In this document: positions 52,821-62,354 of the stretch, piece after piece
Layout: every line of letters begins with the position of its first letter
How positions within the stretch are numbered: position 1 is the stretch's first letter
Origin: Clostridiales bacterium UBA7001
GTDB taxonomy: Bacteria; Bacillota; Clostridia; TANB77; CAG-508
DNA: 64,000 bases
NCBI GenBank assembly: GCA_002449785.1
Contig: DJXP01000019.1
Location: 7,287 to 71,286 of the forward strand
Direction: 5' to 3'
Notes under the pieces: model-generated
What the model was told of the DNA's origin: nothing
What the model saw: only the letters and a program-made list of their open reading frames with translations
Database searches by the model: none
Translations under genes and position numbers: made by a program

Positions 52821-54419
52821 ATGAAAAAAACAAAAATTTTTACACCAGATGAAACTTTAGATAAATTTTTAAAGTGGTTTGATTTTAAAAAGAGATTAGC
52901 ATTTATAACAGCTTTTGTAATTGGCTTTATAACTCATATTTCAATGATAACAGATTATATAATGAGTCAAGACGGACTTTGGAATTCTGTTCAATACTTT
53001 AGACCAGGGGATTGGGAAATAACTTTGGGCAGATGGGGAATTAATTTAATGCAGAGGTTAAACAATTATATTGCTATTCCAAATTTAACGACAATTTCTT
53101 GTATATTAATAATGTCTGTGGTTGCTGTAATTATAGTAGATTTATTCGATTTAAAAAACAAAACTTCAATAATTATTACATCTTCTATATTAGTAGTTGC
53201 GCCAACATTTTTAGTTACAGTTTTATATATTTATACATCATTATCATACTGTATGTGTTTGCTATTCTCGGTTTTGGCAATATGGAGTATATATAAAATA
53301 AAGAATAAAAAAGTAGCATACATATTATCGGTAATATTTTTTGTTTTATCTTTATCAATCTATCAAAGTTATATAGGACTATCTATTGGACTTTGCTTAA
53401 TGATAAGCATAATAAATATTATAAGAGATGAAAAAAATATAAAAGAAGTACTATTAGAAATTGTAAATGTAGGGATTGCTATTATTATAGCAGGAATAAT
53501 GTATTTAGTAATAACGAAGATTATCTTATGGTTATTATGCTTAGAATTAGCAAGTTACAGAAATGCCGATAAATTTAGTATAATAGATATTATTAAAAAT
53601 CTAAAAATATCATTATTAAAAACGTATAAAGATTTCTTGGCATTTTTCCTTAGAGATAGGATTATATTTAATACCAATTATAGAAGAGAAGTTTTTTATT
53701 TATTATTATTTATTTCAACATTTATTTTAACAGTTACTAAAATAATAAAAATAGACAAAAGAAAAAGATTGATTAATTGTGCTACTTTATTTGTTTTAGC
53801 AATTTTATTGCCAATAGCTTTAAATGTTATAGATATATTATTTATTAATACAGAAATGTATGCTTTAACAGCAGGACAAATGATTTTTATAATTCCATTT
53901 TGTCTAAGTTTAATTGAAAGTGTCGAAAAGTATAATAGTTTAAAGTGGATTAGTATTATTTCATTATTATTTATAATTGGTACATATTATATTGCAGATA
54001 ATACATCATATACAGCTCTTAAAATGACATATAATCAAGCATATGCAACAACAGAAAGATTAATTGATAGAATAGAGAATACTCCAGATTACGATAAATC
54101 TTATCCTATTATTTTTGGAGGAATAATTGGAAATAATAATTTTCCAAGAACCTCAAATATATATCAATATACAATAGGATCTGTTGTAAATAATACAGTG
54201 TTTCATGGTACATATGGTGGACAAGTTGGTACATGGGTAAACTATTTAAAAGTTTATTTCGGAATGGATGTAATTCCTGCTGAGGCAAATTTGTATTATA
54301 CTGTTGTTACAAGTGATGAATATAAAGAAATGGAAATTTTTCCTGCACAAAATTCTATAAAAATAAGAGATGGAATAATAATAGTAAAATTGAGTGATGA
54401 ACCACCCGTTGCATTTTAA
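52821..54419 (+). CDS. GtrII-like (GT-C fold) glucosyltransferase-domain membrane protein
   Basis: QDG...WEITLGRW, LSIYQSY motif, many TM helices, C-terminal MEIFPAQNSIK. Confidence 0.7.
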   Translation: MKKTKIFTPDETLDKFLKWFDFKKRLAFITAFVIGFITHISMITDYIMSQDGLWNSVQYFRPGDWEITLGRWGINLMQRLNNYIAIPNLTTISCILIMSVVAVIIVDLFDLKNKTSIIITSSILVVAPTFLVTVLYIYTSLSYCMCLLFSVLAIWSIYKIKNKKVAYILSVIFFVLSLSIYQSYIGLSIGLCLMISIINIIRDEKNIKEVLLEIVNVGIAIIIAGIMYLVITKIILWLLCLELASYRNADKFSIIDIIKNLKISLLKTYKDFLAFFLRDRIIFNTNYRREVFYLLLFISTFILTVTKIIKIDKRKRLINCATLFVLAILLPIALNVIDILFINTEMYALTAGQMIFIIPFCLSLIESVEKYNSLKWISIISLLFIIGTYYIADNTSYTALKMTYNQAYATTERLIDRIENTPDYDKSYPIIFGGIIGNNNFPRTSNIYQYTIGSVVNNTVFHGTYGGQVGTWVNYLKVYFGMDVIPAEANLYYTVVTSDEYKEMEIFPAQNSIKIRDGIIIVKLSDEPPVAF

Positions 54420-54428
54420 GGTGAAGAA

Positions 54429-55013
54429 ATGGAAAATATAAAATTTAGTATAAATAAAATAGATGAAAAACTTTACTCAAAAATGTTGGGAAAATCTATC
54501 CTGGCTGAGTATAAAGATAAAGTTAATATTGAAAGTTTAAGATATTTAAAAGTAGGTCATATAGGATTTGATGGTAAATCACATCAAGGAGAAATAATAG
54601 TAAATAGTGCATTAGCAGACGAAGTATTAGAAATATTTAAATCTTTATATGAGAAAGGCTATAAAATAGAAAAGATAAAATTAGTTGATGACTACAATGG
54701 AGATGATAATATATCAATGGCTGATAATAATTCTTCTGCATTCAATTATAGAGTTATTCCAAATACAGATAAACTATCTAATCATGCATTGGGTAGAGCC
54801 ATAGATATCAATCCACTTTATAACCCATATATTGTAGATGATAATGTGTTTCCTCAAGAAGGCGTGGAATATGTAGATAGAACACAAAAGGATGATAGAT
54901 TTATTAGAAAAAATGATTTGATTTATAATATATTTATAAAATATGGCTGGTCATGGGGCGGAGAATGGACTAATGCAAAAGATTATCAACATTTTGAAAA
55001 AATTGAAAAATAG
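54429..55013 (+). CDS. M15-family peptidase (D-Ala-D-Ala carboxypeptidase-like)
   Basis: SAFNYR, SNHALGRAIDINP, WGGEW..KDYQHFE. Confidence 0.88.
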   Translation: MENIKFSINKIDEKLYSKMLGKSILAEYKDKVNIESLRYLKVGHIGFDGKSHQGEIIVNSALADEVLEIFKSLYEKGYKIEKIKLVDDYNGDDNISMADNNSSAFNYRVIPNTDKLSNHALGRAIDINPLYNPYIVDDNVFPQEGVEYVDRTQKDDRFIRKNDLIYNIFIKYGWSWGGEWTNAKDYQHFEKIEK

Positions 55014-55022
55014 GAGAGTATT

Positions 55023-55751
55023 ATGAATAAAGTTGTAATTGTTACAGGAGCAAGTAGAGGAATAGGGAGAAACATTGCATATAATTTAGCAATAGATGGT
55101 TATACAGTTATTGCAAATTATAATAAATCTGAAGAAGAAATAATGAAATTGAAAAATGAACTTATGGGGAAAAATATAAACATAGATATTTATAAAGCGG
55201 ATGTTTCAAAATCAAGAGAGGCAAGAAATCTTATTAATTATGCTATTGAAAGATATAATAAAATAGATGTCTTAATTAATAATGCAGGTATTGCTGAAGA
55301 AAAATTATTTACAGATGTTACTGATGATGATTTTGATATAATGCTAAAAAATAACTTATATTCTGTTTTTTATTTGACTCAAGAAGCAGTAAAATTTATG
55401 CTTAAGGAAAAAAATGGTTTAATAATAAATATATCTTCAATTTATGCTCTTTCAGGTGGATCATGTGAAGTTCCATATTCTATGGCAAAAGCAGGTGTAG
55501 ATGGATTAACTAAAAGTTTAGCCAAAGAACTTGGACCATCAAATATTAGAGTAAATTCTGTTGCACCTGGAGCTATAGATACAGATATGAATAGTAATTT
55601 AACAGAAGAGGATTGGAATGAAGTAAAAAAAGAAACTCCTCTTGGAAAAATTGGAAGACCAATAGATATTACAAGATGTGTAAAATGGTTAATAGAGGAT
55701 GAATTTACAACAGGTCAAGTAATATCTCCAAATGGTGGAATTGTAATATAA
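55023..55751 (+). CDS. short-chain dehydrogenase/reductase (FabG/YmfI-like)
   Basis: TGASRGIG, NNAG, YSMAK. Confidence 0.92.
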   Translation: MNKVVIVTGASRGIGRNIAYNLAIDGYTVIANYNKSEEEIMKLKNELMGKNINIDIYKADVSKSREARNLINYAIERYNKIDVLINNAGIAEEKLFTDVTDDDFDIMLKNNLYSVFYLTQEAVKFMLKEKNGLIINISSIYALSGGSCEVPYSMAKAGVDGLTKSLAKELGPSNIRVNSVAPGAIDTDMNSNLTEEDWNEVKKETPLGKIGRPIDITRCVKWLIEDEFTTGQVISPNGGIVI

Positions 55752-55783
55752 AAAGAGCTTCTGTGTAGAAACTCTTTTTTATT

Positions 55784-56245
55784 TTATATGCTATTATCTT
55801 CATTTTTCTTTTTATAATTTCCAGTTATAATTTTAGGTATGGTAATTAAGAGTTTGTATATTGCTAATCTCATTTTTTTAGACCAGATGTATGATTTCCT
55901 TAGTCTTCTAGCTGGTTTGTGTTTTTCAATAACTACTAAAGACATTTCAGGATGTTCAACCTCAAAAACATAATCATTTCCGTTATTATTATCCCACTCA
56001 TCTTTATCATTTTTTAAACAAAATCTAAAAGTACCTTTATCTTGTAATTCTATTTCTGTTTGATAACCTAGCTCAGTTTTAATCATTTCATTTTCAGTAA
56101 ATTCTTCCCATGTATCACCAAAAGTGTATTTCATAAATACCTTTTCAGAAGAATCTTGAAAAAACTTTCCAATATAAGAAATTTTAACAGTGTTTCCAGC
56201 TGTTAATCTATCTGTATTAAAAAAAATGTTTTTAACTAATTCCAT
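55784..56245 (-). CDS. starch/carbohydrate-binding module protein (CBM25/26/53-like)
   Basis: FCLKNDKDEWDNNNGNDY motif. Confidence 0.65.
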   Translation of the reverse strand: MELVKNIFFNTDRLTAGNTVKISYIGKFFQDSSEKVFMKYTFGDTWEEFTENEMIKTELGYQTEIELQDKGTFRFCLKNDKDEWDNNNGNDYVFEVEHPEMSLVVIEKHKPARRLRKSYIWSKKMRLAIYKLLITIPKIITGNYKKKNEDNSI

Positions 56246-56295
56246 TAATCTATATAAACATATAATTTAAAAATTATATGACTCCTTCCATTATT

Positions 56296-57168
56296 TTAAT
56301 TTAACATACCACCTAAAAAGCTTCCAGCGATTCCAGCAACATTTGAAACATTACTCTTTTTATCAGCTGCATTTGCTGATACAGTATTAGTAGCATTAAT
56401 TAAAGAATTTGTTGGTGCAACTGGACTCATTAATACTTTTCCAGTACCACGATATACATTAAGTAATCCTTCATTTGATAAAGCAGACCCTACTAAAGAT
56501 TTAGAACTTTTTTCAACAGTAAAATCAAGTGATGTTGTCCAGCATATAGCTTGTCTACCATCAATTTTTAATTCTCCATTTTCTAAATTCACTTCAATTA
56601 GTTCCTCTTCTGGAACATTACTTTCTAATACAGCAACACCATTTCCAGAAAGACTTAAATTAAATAGACCTTCGTTTCCAAGTACTGCTGATGATATATT
56701 TTTTCTTGATACTACATTTAGTTTTATATTACCATCAGATGCCAAATACATTCCATCTTCAATTGTAATTCCAGATTCTCCCCAAGAACCTACATCAACT
56801 AATAATAAATACTTGTAAGTTGGTTCTAATGCAATTATACCTGTTCCGGTATATACAGGTTTTACAGCAGATTCTTTAGTAACTGCTCCTTTAATAGCTT
56901 TTCCAAGTAAATCTTTTGCACCTTTAACATCAGATGTCATTGTAATTTTACCAGTCATCCATTGAAGTGCTCCTGCTTGCATCATAATTTGACTATCTTT
57001 TATTTTTGCAATTACTTGGCGACGTCTAACTCCCATTTTTTCCATGAAATATTCTGTTGCAGCATTATAAGGACTTACACTTAAATCTTTAGTGTATTCT
57101 AAAATATTAAAAGATCCTAGTTGCTTGGTATATTTTCTACTTTCATTTTGTAAGTTTTTAACGCCCAT
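56296..57168 (-). CDS. AIM24-family protein
   Basis: QAGALQWMTG, GNEGLFNLSLSGNG, EGLLNVYRGTGKV. Confidence 0.85.
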   Translation of the reverse strand: MGVKNLQNESRKYTKQLGSFNILEYTKDLSVSPYNAATEYFMEKMGVRRRQVIAKIKDSQIMMQAGALQWMTGKITMTSDVKGAKDLLGKAIKGAVTKESAVKPVYTGTGIIALEPTYKYLLLVDVGSWGESGITIEDGMYLASDGNIKLNVVSRKNISSAVLGNEGLFNLSLSGNGVAVLESNVPEEELIEVNLENGELKIDGRQAICWTTSLDFTVEKSSKSLVGSALSNEGLLNVYRGTGKVLMSPVAPTNSLINATNTVSANAADKKSNVSNVAGIAGSFLGGMLN

Positions 57169-57190
57169 TTAGGTATCTCCTTCCATATAT

Positions 57191-57757
57191 TTAAATATAT
57201 ACTCTTCCTATAATTTGAAACTGATCTTTTGAACTGATATTAATATCTTTAATTTCTTTATTATCTGCTCTTAGTACAAATTTTCCGTTTTTATACATTA
57301 ATCTTCTAATTAAATAATCTCCATTTAATTTGAATAATCCAATTGCTCGATTTTCAATTAATCCATTTATTTCAATATATGCATAAGAACCTTCTCTTAT
57401 AAGAGGTTCCATAGATGAGTCTGGGACTTTATATGCAAATGATGCATTTGAAAAATCATAAGGACATTCTATATATTCATCTATTTTTGAAATGGCGGGT
57501 ACTTGATTATAAGGAATATAATTAATGTATTTATATTCTAATTGCTCATCAGATAATTCTTGATCATATGTATATAGTAATTCTTGATAAGGGACATTTA
57601 ATGCATAGCAAATAGATTTTAAAGCTTTATGGCTAGGATTTCTTTCACCTTTTTCAATGTGAGTTAAGTGTCCTATATTAATGTCTGTTTGTCTAGCAAG
57701 CTCTGTTTTAGTAATACCTTTTTCCTTTCTTATTTTTGAAATCATATTTCCTATCAT
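57191..57757 (-). CDS. XRE HTH plus S24-peptidase-like (LexA/CI-type) regulator
   Basis: N-terminal HTH (IEKGERNPS), C-terminal DSSMEP...IIGRV. Confidence 0.85.
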   Translation of the reverse strand: MIGNMISKIRKEKGITKTELARQTDINIGHLTHIEKGERNPSHKALKSICYALNVPYQELLYTYDQELSDEQLEYKYINYIPYNQVPAISKIDEYIECPYDFSNASFAYKVPDSSMEPLIREGSYAYIEINGLIENRAIGLFKLNGDYLIRRLMYKNGKFVLRADNKEIKDINISSKDQFQIIGRVYI

Positions 57758-57966
57758 CTTTGTAACCTCACTTCTTTATATCTAGGAAAGACATATAATC
57801 TTTAAATATATTAATAAATTTATTAATTTTGAATAAAATATATAAATTGTTAAAGTCATTATATCTATAATTTTTTTTGTTGTCCATAGGTAAAAAAAAT
57901 ATTGCGTAAAAAAACAACATATGATAATATAATTACTGAAATTGTCTAAGAAAGGAAAGTCTTTAA

Positions 57967-59928
57967 ATGTCTGCATCAAAAAAGAAAAAAAAAGTAAAGA
58001 ATAAGAAAAAAAATTATAACAAAAATTTAAACAATAATAAAAATGTTAATAATGTTTCAAATTCTAAAACAAATCAAGATGATAAAAAAAATAATACTAA
58101 TACAATTACTCAAGACGTAAAAAAAGATGAAACAGTAATAGAAAACAGTAGTGAAAAAGCTGAAGAAATAAAAGAAGAAATTGTAGTAGAAAAAAAGATT
58201 GAAGAAAAAATTGAAAATAATAGTAATACTTCTAATGAAAGTGTAAAAATACATGAAAATAATCTTACTGAGAAAGAAGTTAATAAAACTACTAGTGAAA
58301 AACCGGAATATGCTAAACAGATGCTTAAAAATAAGAGAAAAAAGAACTTAATTATTATTTGCTCAGTAATGATTTTCTTAATATTTTTATTAATATCTAC
58401 AGTTTTTGCTTTATTGAACATTAACAATTCTAATATTATTAGTGGTATAAAAATAGATGATGTTGATGTTTCAAAATTAGGTATTGAAGATGCTAAAAAA
58501 CTGTTAAATGAAGTTACAGATAAAAAATTAATGCCAGAGCTTAATTTGAAATATAATGATAATTATAGTATTAAATTAAAGCCAGAAGAAATAGAATATA
58601 AATATGATGTTGATGGTGCAATTCTTGAAGCATATAATGTTGGTAGAGATGGAAATTTATTTAAGAACAATTATAGTATTTTAGGTACCACATTATTTAA
58701 TAAAAAAATAAATTTTGAATATTCATATAATGAAAATTTGCTTAATGATTTTATTAATAATTTAAATTCAGAATTGCCTGGAGTCGTAGTTGAACCATCT
58801 TATTATATTGAAGATAAGAATTTAATAATAAGTAGAGGAAAAGACGGAATAGAAGTAGATAGAGAAAGTTTAAAAAAATCTATAATAGATAGTATTAATA
58901 AAAGAAATATAGAAGAAATAATGCAAGATAATTATTCTCAAACATTAGATATTCCGGTTAAAGATGTTAAAGCTAAAGATATAGATATAGATAAAATTCA
59001 TGAAGAAATTTATAGAGAACCAAAAGATGCATATTTTGAAACAGATCCATATCAAATATTTGTAGATGTAGATGGAGTAGACTTTGGTGTTAGCATAGAA
59101 GAGGCAAAAGAAATTATTTCAAAAGAAAGCAAAGAAGATTATTCTATACCACTTAAAATAACAAAAGCCGAGAAAACAATTCAAGATTTAGGAAAAGAAG
59201 CATTTCCATATACGATTTCTAAATTTAGTACAAAATATGATGCTAGTAATATTAATAGAAGTACTAATTTGGAAATTGCTGCTAGAAAAATAAATGGAAA
59301 AGTATTAATGCCAGGTGAAGTATTTTCATTTAATACTGTTGTTGGTAAAAGAACAATAGAAGAGGGATATAAAGATGCCAAAATATATGCTGATGGTGGA
59401 GTAGTAGATGGATTAGCAGGAGGAATATGTCAAATTTCTTCAACATTATATAATGCTGTACTATTTGCTAATTTAGAAATTGTAGAAAGAAAAAATCATT
59501 CATATCCAGCTTCTTATATTCAGGTTGGTAGAGATGCAACAGTTGTTTATGGAACTAAAGATTTTCAATTTAGAAACTCAAGGTCATATCCAATAAAACT
59601 TGAAGCAAGCGTAAAAAACGGAGTCGCTGAGTTTACAATTTATGGAGTTCAAGAGGCAGAAGAATATGAAATAAAAATATTACCAGTTACTACTGGAACA
59701 ATTCCTTATGGAACTAATTATGTTCAAGATCCAAGCTTAGCTCCAGGGCAACAAGTTGTTTCACAATCAGGACATTTAGGATATAGAGTTACAACATATA
59801 TTGAAAAAAGATTAAATGGGGAAGTTGTTTCAAAAGATATTTTATCTAATGATACTTATTCTCCTATGCAAACAATTATAAGAGTGGGGCCGGCACCTGC
59901 ACCAGTCCCAGCACCAACTGTACAATAA
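57967..59928 (+). CDS. VanW-family membrane protein with PG-binding and G5 domains
   Basis: TM anchor, FSFNTVVG, GGICQISSTLYNA, GRDATV, C-terminal G5-like segment. Confidence 0.88.
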   Translation: MSASKKKKKVKNKKKNYNKNLNNNKNVNNVSNSKTNQDDKKNNTNTITQDVKKDETVIENSSEKAEEIKEEIVVEKKIEEKIENNSNTSNESVKIHENNLTEKEVNKTTSEKPEYAKQMLKNKRKKNLIIICSVMIFLIFLLISTVFALLNINNSNIISGIKIDDVDVSKLGIEDAKKLLNEVTDKKLMPELNLKYNDNYSIKLKPEEIEYKYDVDGAILEAYNVGRDGNLFKNNYSILGTTLFNKKINFEYSYNENLLNDFINNLNSELPGVVVEPSYYIEDKNLIISRGKDGIEVDRESLKKSIIDSINKRNIEEIMQDNYSQTLDIPVKDVKAKDIDIDKIHEEIYREPKDAYFETDPYQIFVDVDGVDFGVSIEEAKEIISKESKEDYSIPLKITKAEKTIQDLGKEAFPYTISKFSTKYDASNINRSTNLEIAARKINGKVLMPGEVFSFNTVVGKRTIEEGYKDAKIYADGGVVDGLAGGICQISSTLYNAVLFANLEIVERKNHSYPASYIQVGRDATVVYGTKDFQFRNSRSYPIKLEASVKNGVAEFTIYGVQEAEEYEIKILPVTTGTIPYGTNYVQDPSLAPGQQVVSQSGHLGYRVTTYIEKRLNGEVVSKDILSNDTYSPMQTIIRVGPAPAPVPAPTVQ

Positions 59929-59974
59929 TTAAAAAATAGAGGACATTTGAAAGTGATTCAAATGTCCTTTTTTG

Positions 59975-61012
59975 TTAATAACTTTTTTGTATTTCTGAAA
60001 TTAAATTATATTCACTATTAAGGATATCTAAAAATGTTGTAGCAACAATTGGATCAAACTGTGTTCCCATTTTAGATTTTATTTCATTTTTTACATAATC
60101 GAGTTTAAGTTCAGGTCTATAAGAACGCTTTGTTGTCATTGCATCAAAAGCATCTGCAACAGAAACGATTCTTGCCAAAAATGGTATGTCTTTATCAGAT
60201 AAACCATATGGATAACCTTTTCCATCATATCTTTCATGATGATATAAAACTATTGGAATAATATTTTTGAATATTACAGCATTAGAAAGAATATTTTTCC
60301 CTATAATAGGATGTTTTTTTATTTCATTATATTCTTCATCAGTTAATTTGTCAGTTTTTAGTAAAATACTATCAGGAATTCCAATTTTTCCAATATCATG
60401 GAACATTCCACCAACACGTAGAGTTCTAATATCGTCTGAAGAAAGCCCTAATCTTTGACCTATTAATACTGAATATGATGCAACTCTATCTGAATGACCT
60501 CTTGTATAATTGTCTTTAGCTTCAACTGTTTGTCTTAATATTTCAATACTTTCTAAATATGCAGATTCAATTTGCTTTTTAGATTCAAGAAGTTCTTCAT
60601 TAATATTTTTTATGGTTCTAATCTGGTCAATATAGTTTATAGCTGTTTGAGTAAAAAGTTGGAGTTGATTTAATTTATCATTTTTAGAAAAATAGCCTTG
60701 AACTCCAATGTCTTGAAGAGTTTTTATGTTAATTGATTTTTCATCATCTATTAATACTATAATATATAAATCTTCATTATTATTTCGAATGCTTTTTAAT
60801 TCATCAAAATTATTATTTTCAATATTAGAAGAATCAATTATTAAGATATCTATTTTTCCACTTTTTAAAGTTATTAGTGATGAACTTAAATTAGAAGATT
60901 TAATAATATCATATTTAGTAAATTTTAATATGTTATTTAGTTTATTTGAAATACTATTACTATTTTCTATGACCATAATAGTATAATTATCATTTAAAAG
61001 ACTATTTAGCAT
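59975..61012 (-). CDS. receiver plus HD-GYP phosphodiesterase
   Basis: YTRGHSDRV, HDIGKIG, HHERYDGKGYP, VADAFDAM. Confidence 0.9.
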   Translation of the reverse strand: MLNSLLNDNYTIMVIENSNSISNKLNNILKFTKYDIIKSSNLSSSLITLKSGKIDILIIDSSNIENNNFDELKSIRNNNEDLYIIVLIDDEKSINIKTLQDIGVQGYFSKNDKLNQLQLFTQTAINYIDQIRTIKNINEELLESKKQIESAYLESIEILRQTVEAKDNYTRGHSDRVASYSVLIGQRLGLSSDDIRTLRVGGMFHDIGKIGIPDSILLKTDKLTDEEYNEIKKHPIIGKNILSNAVIFKNIIPIVLYHHERYDGKGYPYGLSDKDIPFLARIVSVADAFDAMTTKRSYRPELKLDYVKNEIKSKMGTQFDPIVATTFLDILNSEYNLISEIQKSY

Positions 61013-61160
61013 ATATACCTTCCTTATATAAATATATTTGGTATTTGTAGAGACATTATATATTATTTAAGAAAATAAGTAAATATAATACAAGTGAATA
61101 AAATTGAAAAAAATGGAAAAGATAAAATTTGAAATAAATTTAAATAATATAGGAGTCAAA

Positions 61161-62282
61161 ATGTATTATGAAAATAAAAGAGATAAATTAAGAAATCAAT
61201 TTATAATATTTGTATTATTAATAGTTATTATTATGCTTTTATGTGTTTTAATTTTAAAAGTTGATAAAACAGATATAAGTCAAGTTGTAAAAACAAATTA
61301 TGAAGTAGAAAAATTATCAACAAATAATGAAGAAAATGTGGAAAAAGGCATTTCTAGAATAATAAGTAATGTGACTAAAAGTGTTGTAGGTGTTTCAAAA
61401 TTGGAACAGAAAGGGAGTACTATTTTTTTAAAAAATGCAGAAGAAACTTTAGGACTTGGCAGTGGGATAATACTATCTGATAATGGTTATATATTAACTA
61501 ATGAACATGTGTCTGGTGGAAAATACAGTAATTGTTATGTAACATTAGAAAATGGTAAAATATATGATGGAGTAGTAGTATGGGCTGATAATAATCTAGA
61601 TCTTTCTATAATAAAAATATTTGCAAATGGATTAAGCTATATTAATATAGGAGATTCAGATAGTATTAATTTAGCAGATGAAGTTTATGCCATTGGAAAT
61701 CCAGTAGGAATTGAGTTTCAGAGGACTATAACTAAAGGAATTATAAGTGGTATAAATAGAACGATAAAGGTTACTGAAACAGAAGATAGTGGAACATATA
61801 TGGAGGACTTAATTCAAACAGATGCTACAATAAACGAAGGAAACAGTGGAGGTCCACTTATTAATACTAATGGTGAATTAATTGGAATTAATACAGTGAA
61901 AATTAGTGATGCAGATGGGATAGGCTTTGCTGTACCTATAAATATTATAAAACCAATACTAGAAAAATTGATTCAAAATGGTAAATTTGAAGAGGCATAT
62001 CTTGGAATTTATGGTTATGATAAAGAAGTAATTCCATATTTGGATTCTAAATTAGATATAGAAAGTGGAGTATATGTTGCAAGTATTCAGGTAGATGGTC
62101 CATTATTTAATAGTGAATTAAAAGTTGGAGATATAATAGTTAAAATTGATGGGATTGAAATAAACAAAATGAATGATTTAAGAAAATATATTTATTCTAA
62201 ATCTCCAGGTGATAAGGTTATTCTTTTAATTGAAAGAGAAGGAAAAGAAATAGAAATGGAAGTAGAATTAGGACAAAATTAA
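61161..62282 (+). CDS. htrA: HtrA-family serine protease with PDZ domain
   Basis: LTNEHV, DLSII, GNSGGPL, C-terminal PDZ; AGGAG RBS before ATG 61161. Confidence 0.9.
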   Translation: MYYENKRDKLRNQFIIFVLLIVIIMLLCVLILKVDKTDISQVVKTNYEVEKLSTNNEENVEKGISRIISNVTKSVVGVSKLEQKGSTIFLKNAEETLGLGSGIILSDNGYILTNEHVSGGKYSNCYVTLENGKIYDGVVVWADNNLDLSIIKIFANGLSYINIGDSDSINLADEVYAIGNPVGIEFQRTITKGIISGINRTIKVTETEDSGTYMEDLIQTDATINEGNSGGPLINTNGELIGINTVKISDADGIGFAVPINIIKPILEKLIQNGKFEEAYLGIYGYDKEVIPYLDSKLDIESGVYVASIQVDGPLFNSELKVGDIIVKIDGIEINKMNDLRKYIYSKSPGDKVILLIEREGKEIEMEVELGQN

Positions 62283-62286
62283 ATGA

Positions 62287-62339
62287 AAAGAGTGTCCCAA
62301 GAGTCCAGAAAATTGGACTAAAAAGAACGTCCCTCAAGT
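62287..62339 (-). repeat. REP-like dispersed repeat, copy 2
   Basis: Reverse complement GAGGGACGTTCTTTTTAGTCCAATTTTCTGGACTCTTGGGACACTCTTT. Confidence 0.75.
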
Positions 62340-62354
62340 TTGGACGTTCTTCTT

